Assembly (NCBI GenBank): GCA_022650895.1
Contig: JALCQC010000009.1
Span: 477 to 64,476, forward strand
Direction: 5' to 3'
Origin: Bifidobacteriaceae bacterium
Lineage (GTDB): Bacteria > Actinomycetota > Actinomycetes > Actinomycetales > Bifidobacteriaceae
Length of the DNA stretch: 64,000 nt
Shown: in pieces, positions 19,306 through 27,414 of the stretch
How the letters are laid out: each line of letters opens with the position of its first letter
Numbering within the stretch: position 1 is the stretch's first letter
Notes under the pieces: model-generated
Database searches by the model: none
What the model was told of the DNA's origin: nothing
Seen by the model: the letters and a program-made list of their open reading frames with translations, nothing else
Position numbers and translations under genes: made by a program

Positions 19306-19455
19306 CCTTGAGGATGCATTTGCGCGGGGAGGACAGCGTACCTACACTTTTATTCGTAGAAACCACAGGTTTCACCCCGCTTGCGCGGGGAAACTCGGAC
19401 ACCGTCGTCCTGGATACTGCCGACAGTGTTCCACCCCCGCTTACTCGGGGAAGAG
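19306..19455 (-). repeat. Fossil mini-array: three degenerate repeats starting at 19306, 19367 and 19427 (61/60-bp phase)
   Basis: The first unit keeps only the 3' half (catttgcgcggggaggac). The other two are aggtttcaccccgcttgcgcggggaaac and tgttccacccccgcttactcggggaagag. The two intervening 32-nt segments are spacer-sized. Confidence 0.8.
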
Positions 19456-19468
19456 AGAGAAGATAGAA

Positions 19469-19759
19469 ATGGATGAACTTCTTCGTGTGAAAGCGAACCT
19501 CAAGCGCGGGGCAGAATACGTGGGTGGACATTTAACGGTGAGGACGGATGGACTTTACTTTCACCCGCATCAGTTTAATATCCAGATCGCTGATCTGTTC
19601 ATCAACAAGGCCGAGATTCGCGAAATCAAGAAGATCAGGACGCTGGGTCTAGTGCCTAATGGTCTGCAGCTTGCGCTGCTGAATGGCGGAGTCGTGACAC
19701 TAGTTGTGTCAAGCCGCGCCAAGTTGATGCAGACGATTGAAGACGCATATCAGCTCTGA
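19469..19759 (+). CDS. 96-aa PH/GRAM-like small protein
   Basis: ATG 19469 is preceded by a purine-rich GAAGAGAGAGAAG. GGHLTVRTDGLYFHP...GLQLALLNGGVVTLVV fits a bacterial PH/GRAM-like pattern (from memory). The track ORF start at 19298 reads through the fossil repeats and I reject it. Confidence 0.5.
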   Translation: MDELLRVKANLKRGAEYVGGHLTVRTDGLYFHPHQFNIQIADLFINKAEIREIKKIRTLGLVPNGLQLALLNGGVVTLVVSSRAKLMQTIEDAYQL

Positions 19760-19798
19760 GAACGGTTACAGAATAAGTGTTTGGCTTCTAATGCATCG

Positions 19799-19993
19799 CT
19801 ATATTTCAAGTACAGCTTTCAAACGAATCTTAGGGTTCGATATTCTTTTGTGTTTTTTAGCATAGTGATTCAGAAGTTGAGCACGACTTTCATTGAATGC
19901 TCAGGTCGTCATGGTGATGATATGAAGCCGATCGGCGATGATCCTTGCGTTGGAAAACCGTTCTAACGATGTCTTGATAATAACTATTAAGGT
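19799..19993 (-). pseudogene. ISL3-family transposase relic (~65 codons, in-frame stop)
   Basis: - strand translation: TLIVIIKTSLERFSNARIIADRLHIITMTT*AFNESRAQLLNHYAKKHKRISNPKIRLKAVLEI*. FxNAxI(I/V)xDRFH is the conserved ISL3 DDE-region motif (from memory). Confidence 0.4.
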
Positions 19994-20035
19994 TTAAAGT
20001 CACGGCTTTGTGTTTGTGGCAATAGTGGTTGAGCC

Positions 20036-20185
20036 AGGTTCACCCCACTGACGCGGAAAGACTCGCCCCCACGTCGGCTCTGAATGTGAGGGAAAGGCTT
20101 TACCCCTGCTCGTGCGAGGAAACAGTTGCGCACGCGCCAATCGTCCTCCGTACGCTAGCTCACCCCTACTTGTGCGGGAAAAACG
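20036..20185 (-). repeat. Three degenerate trailer repeats (starts 20036, 20096, 20157) still in ~61-bp phase
   Basis: aggttcaccccactgacgcggaaagac, ggctttacccctgctcgtgcgaggaaac and agctcacccctacttgtgcgggaaaaac. Confidence 0.8.
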
Positions 20186-20351
20186 TTTACGAAACCGGGT
20201 TACGACCGGTTCCCTTGATCTCTTTTTGGTAACCCACCAAATCTGATACTGTGAATACAGGTCAGAGATCCCACGCGACCAGCCATAGGACTGGAACATC
20301 AGTCGGGGGGTTATCTCTGGCCCTTACTTTTTAGAGAAATCTCTCTGAACT

Positions 20352-22882
20352 CGGTCCACCCCCGCTTGCGTGGGGAAGACACGATGTTGAGAAGCTCATT
20401 CCAACCGCTGTTCGGTTCACCCCCGCTTGCGCGGGGAAGACGCCTACGCGTGGTCGATGCCTCAGTACGCGTTCGGTTCACCCCCGCTTGCGCGGGGAAG
20501 ACTCTATCTCCCATCCCCAGTATCTGCCTCCCGCCGGTTCACCCCCGCTTGCGCGGGGAAGACCTAGACAACCTGGGCACCGCCTTCGCGCACCCCGGTT
20601 CACCCCCGCTTGCGCGGGGAAGACACGACGGGCGAGTTCGCCCGTCTCTGCCGGTACGGTTCACCCCCCGCTTGCGCGGGGAAGACCTTTCATAAGTGCT
20701 CATCGTTCATTCCTTTCACGGTTCACCCCCGCTTGCGCGGGGAAGACATGACCTGTGTGATGGCGATGCATTTCTCGTTCGGTTCACCCCCGCTTGCGCG
20801 GGGAAGACAAACCGTTAGTGGAATTAGTCTGAAATATAGTCGGTTCACCCCCGCTTGCGCGGGGAAGACTGAGTCAATCAGGATAATCTTACCTAGCAGT
20901 AAGGTTCACCCCCGCTTGCGCGGGGAAGACCCGACTTTGCCGAGGAACTGCGTGACCTGCGGCGGTTCACCCCCGCTTGCGCGGGGAAGACAACGATCGC
21001 GGTGCCACTCTCGGCTATGGGCCTGGTTCACCCCCACTTGCGCGGGGAAGACCCGCAGATTGCGGCTATCACGATTGGATTGCGCGGTTCACCCCCGCTT
21101 GCGCGGGGAAGACCTTCACCGTGCCCGATCTTGCCCGCGCCGCCGCGGTTCACCCCCGCTTGCGCGGGGAAGGCAAATGAGTCTACGCGAATACGATACC
21201 TATGCTCGGTTCACCCCCGCTTGCGCGGGGAAGGCGGCTATCCCCTGTCATATTTCGTGCCCCCGCAAGGTTCACCCCCGCTTGCGCGGGGAAGGCACGC
21301 CACCAAGGGTGGGCACTTCGCGGATACCCGGTTCACCCCCGCTTGCGCGGGGAAGGCCCGGTATCGCGTGCGTGACCTCTCATCGTCCGCGGTTCACCCC
21401 CGCTTGCGCGGGGAAGGCGGACTTCACCACGTAGACGCGTTGACTCCATTCGGTTCACCCCCGTCTGCGCGGGGAAGGCCTCACTATCGCGGGACGAGAT
21501 TGAGTCACTGGCGGTTCACCCCCGTCTGCGCGGGGAAGGCGGAGCTGACGGCTCCCGTCAGGGTTTTTGACGCGGTTCACCCCCGTCTGCGCGGGGAAGG
21601 CTCTACGAGCTGTTTCCAGGATTCGGAAATGTCCGGTTCACCCCCGTCTGCGCGGGGAAGGCTGACCGATGTGCGAGAAGACCGACGCTCACGCCGGTTC
21701 ACCCCCGTCTGCGCGGGGAAGGCTTCCACCGCAGCGGATGATTCGGGTTGTCGAATGGTTCACCCCCGTCTGCGCGGGGAAGGCCCGCAGGAGGGTCGGA
21801 AATAATTTACTGGGCTTGGTTCACCCCCGTCTGCGCGGGGAAGGCCAGACCGGCCGGCCAGTGTGCCAGTTCGGTCGAGGTTCACCCCCGTCTGCGCGGG
21901 GAAGGCACCACACCCGGCCCGAAGCTTGTCCATGGTTTGGGTTCACCCCCGTCTGCGCGGGGAAGGCTGCCCTGAGTATCGCGGCGCGTTTCTAATCCAG
22001 GGTTCACCCCCGTCTGCGCGGGGAAGGCTCCGACGGCCTCCGCGCTGCAGGTCAGGAGGCGGGTTCACCCCCGTCTGCGCGGGGAAGGCTCCGTGAGTTG
22101 AGGGTCGAGAGCGGCATTCCGGGGTTCACCCCCGTCTGCGCGGGGAAGGCAGAACCGTGTCGTCGAACAATTGGAGCGTGAAAGGTTCACCCCCGTCTGC
22201 GCGGGGAAGGCGGGGAGCGTGAGGACACGTGGCTTGATACCACGGGTTCACCCCCGTCTGCGCGGGGAAGGCGCCCGGTGCGGGGTTTCTCTTTACCAAA
22301 CCCGAGGTTCACCCCCGTCTGCGCGGGGAAGGCGTAGGGATGGGATGATGTGGGTCCCTAACCTGCGGTTCACCCCCGTCTGCGCGGGGAAGGCCTTCGA
22401 AGCAGCTCACTGGCAATGCTGGCACGTGGTTCACCCCCGTCTGCGCGGGGAAGGCAAGCCGTTGAGCGCGGCGATTGTACGCCAGTTGGGTTCACCCCCG
22501 TCTGCGCGGGGAAGGCCCACGAAAGCCGGCCTGACCGGCGGCAGTGCGCGGTTCACCCCCGTCTGCGCGGGGAAGGCTCCTCCCACGAAGATGATTGCTT
22601 TCAACCACCAGGTTCACCCCCGTCTGCGCGGGGAAGGCAATGGTTTAGTGCCCGGCGACCTCTGGTTCCAGGGTTCACCCCCGTCTGCGCGGGGAAGGCG
22701 TTCGATGCCGTTTCCGTTGTCGCCGCGTATGGGGTTCACCCCCGTCTGCGCGGGGAAGGCCCACGCTCCGAACGCTCACAGGCAGTACGCATGGGTTCAC
22801 CCCCGTCTGCGCGGGGAAGGCTACGGGCCGTATCAGGGTGGTGACGAGCTGGAGGGTTCACCCCCGTCTGCGCGGGGAAGGC
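20352..22882 (-). CRISPR. Type I-E-like CRISPR array: 42 repeats, 41 spacers, 61-bp period
   Basis: The reverse-complement repeat GTCTTCCCCGCGCAAGCGGGGGTGAACCG matches the I-E architecture (compare E. coli GAGTTCCCCGCGCCAGCGGGGATAAACCG). Repeat starts run 20352, 20413 ... 22854. Spacers are 32 nt (33 if the variable 29th repeat base is counted with the spacer). One repeat at 20657 carries an extra C. The degenerate terminal repeat is at the low-coordinate end. Confidence 0.97.
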
Positions 22883-23100
22883 AGTGGCACTTTATGCGGA
22901 AAACCGCACCTGCGTCCACCCAAAAAATTGGATTCGTGCAGTGCTATCTGTCATAGGACCTTTCAAACACGTCACCCTCCACCATCCACATCTACGATAC
23001 CGTGAAACTTCGTCCAAAAGGGCAAGCGGGCGGGCCAACCGGGCCACATCATCGATACGAGCAAGGTTCGCCGGCCCCGCCCGTTCGGACATGGGTATTA
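22883..23100 (-). promoter_or_regulatory. Presumed CRISPR leader
   Basis: It abuts the perfectly conserved, newest-type repeat, is AT-richer than its surroundings, and has no credible ORF. I could not pin down a promoter. Confidence 0.35.
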
Positions 23101-23849
23101 TCCGCGTTTACTACGTGATTTTCACACGAATGCTCACGCTGTACTCCACGACGGACGTCAAGCGTTCGGTTGTGCGGCAAGATTCAGAATGCTGCCCGTG
23201 AAACGGGCTTGGACATGTGGGCAGAATGCCGAATCCGAGGCGTTCTCCACAGATGTTGCCGCATAACCGCGCGTTTGACGACACGAGATGCCAATTCCAG
23301 CAAATTTCACCCTGCCAGGTTGGCGTGGAACAACGAATGTGATGCCTGGGAGGGTCGCCAGTCAGGATCGCGACGAGTTGCCACACGGGCGAACTGCCTA
23401 AGCTCCAAAACGGCGAACCCGTCTGCCATCAAACTGACGCACGAGCCACCCACTAACCGACGCCAACGGTCAGGTGCAGCAGCGGTGCCCACCACCACAA
23501 AGTGCACACCGAACCCAACCACACCAAGCCGACGAGGCACCAAGAAGATACCAGGCAACCGCGCAGCCCACCATCAGCCGCCCACCACCAACCACATACC
23601 ATCAGTCACACGCCACCGGCAAAGATATCAATTTCATAACAAATCAGCATCGCGATTGTTATATATGGTGATGCCCGAAAACAGCACAAGATCAACGCTC
23701 CTAGAGCTTGGCACAGCGGTCCCACCGTCCCGCAGCAGCGTCGACCACCACCCCCGATCGGCAAGTGGCCACCGCCGAGCGCCGTATTCTTCAAATGCAA
23801 TATTGGTTCCTCGACGACGAGGAGCAGGCATTCAAAGAAGGTAGTCTTC

Positions 23850-25841
23850 ATGGAAAAAATGAAAACCGGCAGACTCAGCGTCTGCCTTTCTGCGGCGTTG
23901 GTGCTCGCCTCCCTTGCCGCGCCCACGGTGGCCTCCGCTGCACCTACTACGCCCACTGATTCCTCGACGATCAGCGCGGACGTGATGAAACAGATCTACG
24001 ACGAGGTCAAAACCCCTTACGATTATGGCATCGTCCTTCCAAAGGGAGATCAGCCGGCTGATTTCGACAGCGAACTCACCGATCAGATGAACGTCTTCAA
24101 GATCCCGGGAGACAACGATTACGTGTACACCACGTACGTCGGTAAGGACATCAACCGCAAGACCGACGGAACCGATAACACCGGCTACAGCACCGGTCTG
24201 GCGCGCAGCAAGGACATGGTCACGTGGGAGAAGCTCGGCAAGATCCTCAGCCCCGACAAGGATTTCTACAGTGCATCCACCGCGGGCTACCTGGTGAAGA
24301 ACCACACGTGGGGTGATCTGCCGACGCCTCATCTGACGGCAGACGGCAAATACGCCCTCACGGTTCTGTCCACCAACGAGCACGGCTATGAGCAGGGCGA
24401 CAAGCGCGGCGGAGTGGCCTTCTCCCCCAGCAACTCCTTCTTCAACGAAGATGGCAGTGTCGCCGAGTTCACCATGTATGACAAGCCCATTCTCGATGGC
24501 AGCGCCTCCTACGAGAGCGGCACCATCTGGGCCGTCAAGACCATCTGGGACGAAGAGAACCAGCGTTATGTGGCGTTCTACAACGCCTCGCACGGTCCGG
24601 AAGTCATGAACCAAGCGTATTCGACGGACCTCATCCACTGGACCCGCGAAGCCAACAATCCCGTGCTGCAGACGGTGACCCAGCCCAACGGCGAGCAGTG
24701 GGGACAGCTGTACAACGGCGACGCGGACGTCGTCAAGATCGGCGACTACTGGGTGATGTTCTACTTCACTGACACCCCCGTCAAGATCGGCAACAAGATC
24801 AAGCCCAACAACGTGATCGATTCCTTCGCCGTCTCCAAGGACATGGTGCACTGGACGAAGAGCGACTACAAGCTGACCGCCAAGAACTCCACCTTCGCCA
24901 AGTCCTACGCCCACAAGCCGGCCGTCGTGAAGAAGAACGGCGTGGTCTATCACTATTACAACGCCGTCAGCAACCAGGACCGCAACATGGCGCTGTCGAC
25001 CTCCGTCGATCTTTCTCCCATCAAGGAAGCCAAGCACGTCCTTGAGAACAGCAATGACGCGCTCCTGTCCAACCTCCTCACCAAGGCGCAGAAGGAACTC
25101 ATCAAGGATGGCGGCTCCCTCAAGGAAGTCACCGCGGCACTGTCCGCGATCCGCATGCACCTCCATCCCGAAGCTGATGCAAGCCTGCGTTCCGCAACGC
25201 TCACTTACGAGAAGGATGGATCGACGCAGCAGCTCGGCCTCAAGGCCTCCGGCACCACCTACTCGGCAACCCTGCCAAGCAGCGCCTCCAAGGTGCGCCT
25301 CTATGCGGCCCCGGTCGCCTCGAGCGCAGCCGTCACCACTGCTGACGGTACGGAAATCACCAACGCGGGTATCGGGCTTTCCTTCGACGCCGCTAAGGGA
25401 ATCTCCCCGCTGAAACTGACGGTGACGTCCGCCGACGGCACCACGAAGAAGGGCTACACCGTCAAGGTCGCCAGCGATGCCAAGAACGCGGGAACCAGCA
25501 ACGGAAACTCTGCGGCAGGTCCGGGAGCAAACACGAATGGCTCCCCCTCCGCCACCCCGGCCAAGGACTCGAACAACGACTCCAGCACCGCAGCGGCCAC
25601 CGCAGACAACGGCAAGAAGAAGGCAGCAGCGCAATCCTCCGCGGCAGCCAAGAAAGCCGCAGCCGCTAAGGCAGCGAAGGCAGCATCAAAGGAAGCCGGG
25701 GCCACTGAGGCCACAGCTGGCGAGAACGCCTCCAGCCTCGCACACACGGGCAGCTCGGTGGTCTTCGTGCTGATTGCCGCAGCGATCCTCGTGGCAGGTG
25801 GCGCAGCGCTCCTCCTCAAGGCACGCAAGCAGCGGAACTAA
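23850..25841 (+). CDS. Cell-wall-anchored (LAxTG) beta-propeller glycoside-hydrolase-like protein (GH43/GH32-clan-like) with a cadherin-like beta-sandwich and Ala/Lys-rich stalk
   Basis: Signal peptide, repeated blade motifs (SKDMVTWEKLG, STDLIHWTRE, SKDMVHWTKS) and C-terminal LAHTG + TM + KARKQRN. The GH family is uncertain. Confidence 0.7.
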   Translation: MEKMKTGRLSVCLSAALVLASLAAPTVASAAPTTPTDSSTISADVMKQIYDEVKTPYDYGIVLPKGDQPADFDSELTDQMNVFKIPGDNDYVYTTYVGKDINRKTDGTDNTGYSTGLARSKDMVTWEKLGKILSPDKDFYSASTAGYLVKNHTWGDLPTPHLTADGKYALTVLSTNEHGYEQGDKRGGVAFSPSNSFFNEDGSVAEFTMYDKPILDGSASYESGTIWAVKTIWDEENQRYVAFYNASHGPEVMNQAYSTDLIHWTREANNPVLQTVTQPNGEQWGQLYNGDADVVKIGDYWVMFYFTDTPVKIGNKIKPNNVIDSFAVSKDMVHWTKSDYKLTAKNSTFAKSYAHKPAVVKKNGVVYHYYNAVSNQDRNMALSTSVDLSPIKEAKHVLENSNDALLSNLLTKAQKELIKDGGSLKEVTAALSAIRMHLHPEADASLRSATLTYEKDGSTQQLGLKASGTTYSATLPSSASKVRLYAAPVASSAAVTTADGTEITNAGIGLSFDAAKGISPLKLTVTSADGTTKKGYTVKVASDAKNAGTSNGNSAAGPGANTNGSPSATPAKDSNNDSSTAAATADNGKKKAAAQSSAAAKKAAAAKAAKAASKEAGATEATAGENASSLAHTGSSVVFVLIAAAILVAGGAALLLKARKQRN

Positions 25842-26136
25842 TAGATATTCCAGATATCTCCGGATATCCCATGCGGTGAGTGAATTCTCACCGGGAAATC
25901 CCTACGGGCTCGACGCATCCAGCGCCGGGCCCGCTTTTCGTTGCGGCAGACACGCACCCCCGGCGAGCGCCCACCGCCTAAGCCACATCGTCTAAACTTT
26001 GCTAGAGAAGTCTCTGAGACAGCAGACACTGCAGCACCGGTTTCTGAGGCCGCAAGCACAGCGGCAGTCTCATTGCTCAGCAACGTCTGCGGCACAGACA
26101 CTATGCCCAGAAACCACTACGTTCAAAGGAGAACAC

Positions 26137-27183
26137 ATGAAGGTTTTACTCATCGGCGGCACCGGAACCATCAGCACGGCGGTGACAGCGCTCGCGGCCC
26201 AAAAGGGTTATGAGGTCACGCTGCTCAATCGCGGGCATCACAATGACAAACTGCCGCGGGGAGTCACAGCCATCGCCGGCGATATCCATGATGAAGAGTG
26301 GGTCAACCGCACCTTTGAAGGCACTCATTTCGACACGGTCGCCAACTTCCTCGACTTCGAACCCGCCGATTTCGAACGTTCCTACCGGCTGTGGAAGGGC
26401 CGCACAAACCAATACATCTTCATCAGCTCAGCCTCTGCCTATCAGACGCCGCTCGCAAGCCCGATCGTGACGGAGAGCACGCCGCTCGCCAACCCATTCT
26501 GGCAGTACTCGCGCAACAAGATCGCCGGCGAGGAATTCTACCTGGGCAAGTACCGCAGCGAGGGTTTCCCCATCACCATCGTGCGCCCAAGCCACACGTA
26601 CGGCGAAAAATCGCTTCCGCTGTCGATCGAAGGCAACTACGGCCCCTACACGGTTCTGGAACGCCTGCGCCAGGGGAAGAAAGTCATCGTGCACGGCGAC
26701 GGCAGCTCGCTGTGGACGGTCACCTTCAACACCGATTTCGCTCAGGCCTTCGTCGGTCTGTTTGGCAACGTTCATGCCATTGGCGAGGCCTACCACATCA
26801 CGTCGGATGAGAGCCTCACGTGGAATCAGATTCACGAGATCATCGGCAACGCGCTGGGCCGCACCACCGCTCAGGTGGACGCGCAGCTTGTGCACATTCC
26901 TTCCGAGATCATTCGCGAAAGCGCTCCCGATATCGGCGATGGGCTGATCGGCGACAAATCGAATTCGTTGATCTTCGATAATTCGAAGATCAAGAAGGCA
27001 GTGCCGGAGTTCTCGGCGACAGTTCGCTTCGATCAGGGTGTGCGCCGGTCGATTGAGTACATCTATTCGCATCCGGAATGCCAGAAAGTCGACGAGGCCT
27101 TCAACCGCTGGAGCGATGCCCTCATTGAAAAGTACGAGGCAGCGACCGCGGACTTGCCGAAGATCGCCGATTTCGCGGAATAA
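26137..27183 (+). CDS. NAD-dependent epimerase/dehydratase (SDR family)
   Basis: ATG 26137 follows AAAGGAG. N-terminus MKVLLIGGTGTIS is a Rossmann motif. The upstream part of the track ORF is rejected. Confidence 0.85.
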   Translation: MKVLLIGGTGTISTAVTALAAQKGYEVTLLNRGHHNDKLPRGVTAIAGDIHDEEWVNRTFEGTHFDTVANFLDFEPADFERSYRLWKGRTNQYIFISSASAYQTPLASPIVTESTPLANPFWQYSRNKIAGEEFYLGKYRSEGFPITIVRPSHTYGEKSLPLSIEGNYGPYTVLERLRQGKKVIVHGDGSSLWTVTFNTDFAQAFVGLFGNVHAIGEAYHITSDESLTWNQIHEIIGNALGRTTAQVDAQLVHIPSEIIRESAPDIGDGLIGDKSNSLIFDNSKIKKAVPEFSATVRFDQGVRRSIEYIYSHPECQKVDEAFNRWSDALIEKYEAATADLPKIADFAE

Positions 27184-27261
27184 GTTCTGCACAAGTCGCT
27201 TCGCAGCTCATTCCTTGCGGATTACTTCACGCAGACCGCGGCGAGCGCACTCACACAACGG

Positions 27262-27292
27262 AAAAGGCCCCACACAAAGTGTGGGGCCTTCT
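27262..27292. terminator. Bidirectional intrinsic terminator
   Basis: Perfect 10-bp stem GGCCCCACAC/GTGTGGGGCC (27266-27275 / 27279-27288) with loop AAA, flanked by GAAAA and TTCT, between convergent genes. Confidence 0.7.
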
Positions 27293-27414
27293 GCATGCAC
27301 TCGCCCTTAGCGGACTGAAACATCTAGCCGTGCCGTCGCCGTGCGATCTCACGCACCACACGCTCAGCTCACGTCGCGCGCACGATCTCGCACGCACGGC
27401 ACCGCGACATCCGC

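Noticed and set aside
16747-19759. Longer track versions of the small ORFs (16747-17211, 17872-18336, 19298-19759)
   Set aside because: Their N-terminal extensions lack an RBS, are compositionally odd, and in one case read through the fossil CRISPR repeats. Internal ATGs with strong Shine-Dalgarno sequences were preferred.
19455-20036. The interval between fossil clusters (starts 19427 to 20036 = 609 bp, close to ten 61-bp units) as evidence that the PH-like gene evolved from array sequence
   Set aside because: The interval contains an ORF with protein-like composition and an IS relic, with no internal repeat remnants. The near-multiple of 61 is most likely coincidence.
20366-22956. Long + strand ORFs (e.g. 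20610-21434, 21002-21805, 22171-22956) encoding repetitive ...SPPLARGR.../...HPRLRGE... peptides
   Set aside because: They are translations of the 61-bp-periodic CRISPR repeats in three frames. The periodic peptide motif is the repeat itself, not a protein.
23170-23844. 224-aa ORF (+) and the overlapping - strand ORFs beside the array
   Set aside because: Pro/Thr/Arg-rich low-complexity product driven by the C+A-rich tract, with no RBS and no domain-like pattern. The - strand ORFs are equally Arg/Gly-rich. Only a very weak Cas2-like resemblance was noted, and it is listed as a hypothesis, not a feature.
23832-25634. 600-aa antisense ORF opposite the LAxTG GH gene. Similar long shadow ORFs lie at 28099-29232, 29220-31199, 31401-32177, 39320-40381, 59242-60144 and 61974-63221.
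   Set aside because: These are typical high-GC antisense shadow frames (Arg/Gly/Val/Asp-rich, no motifs). They lie opposite genes with clear family signatures.
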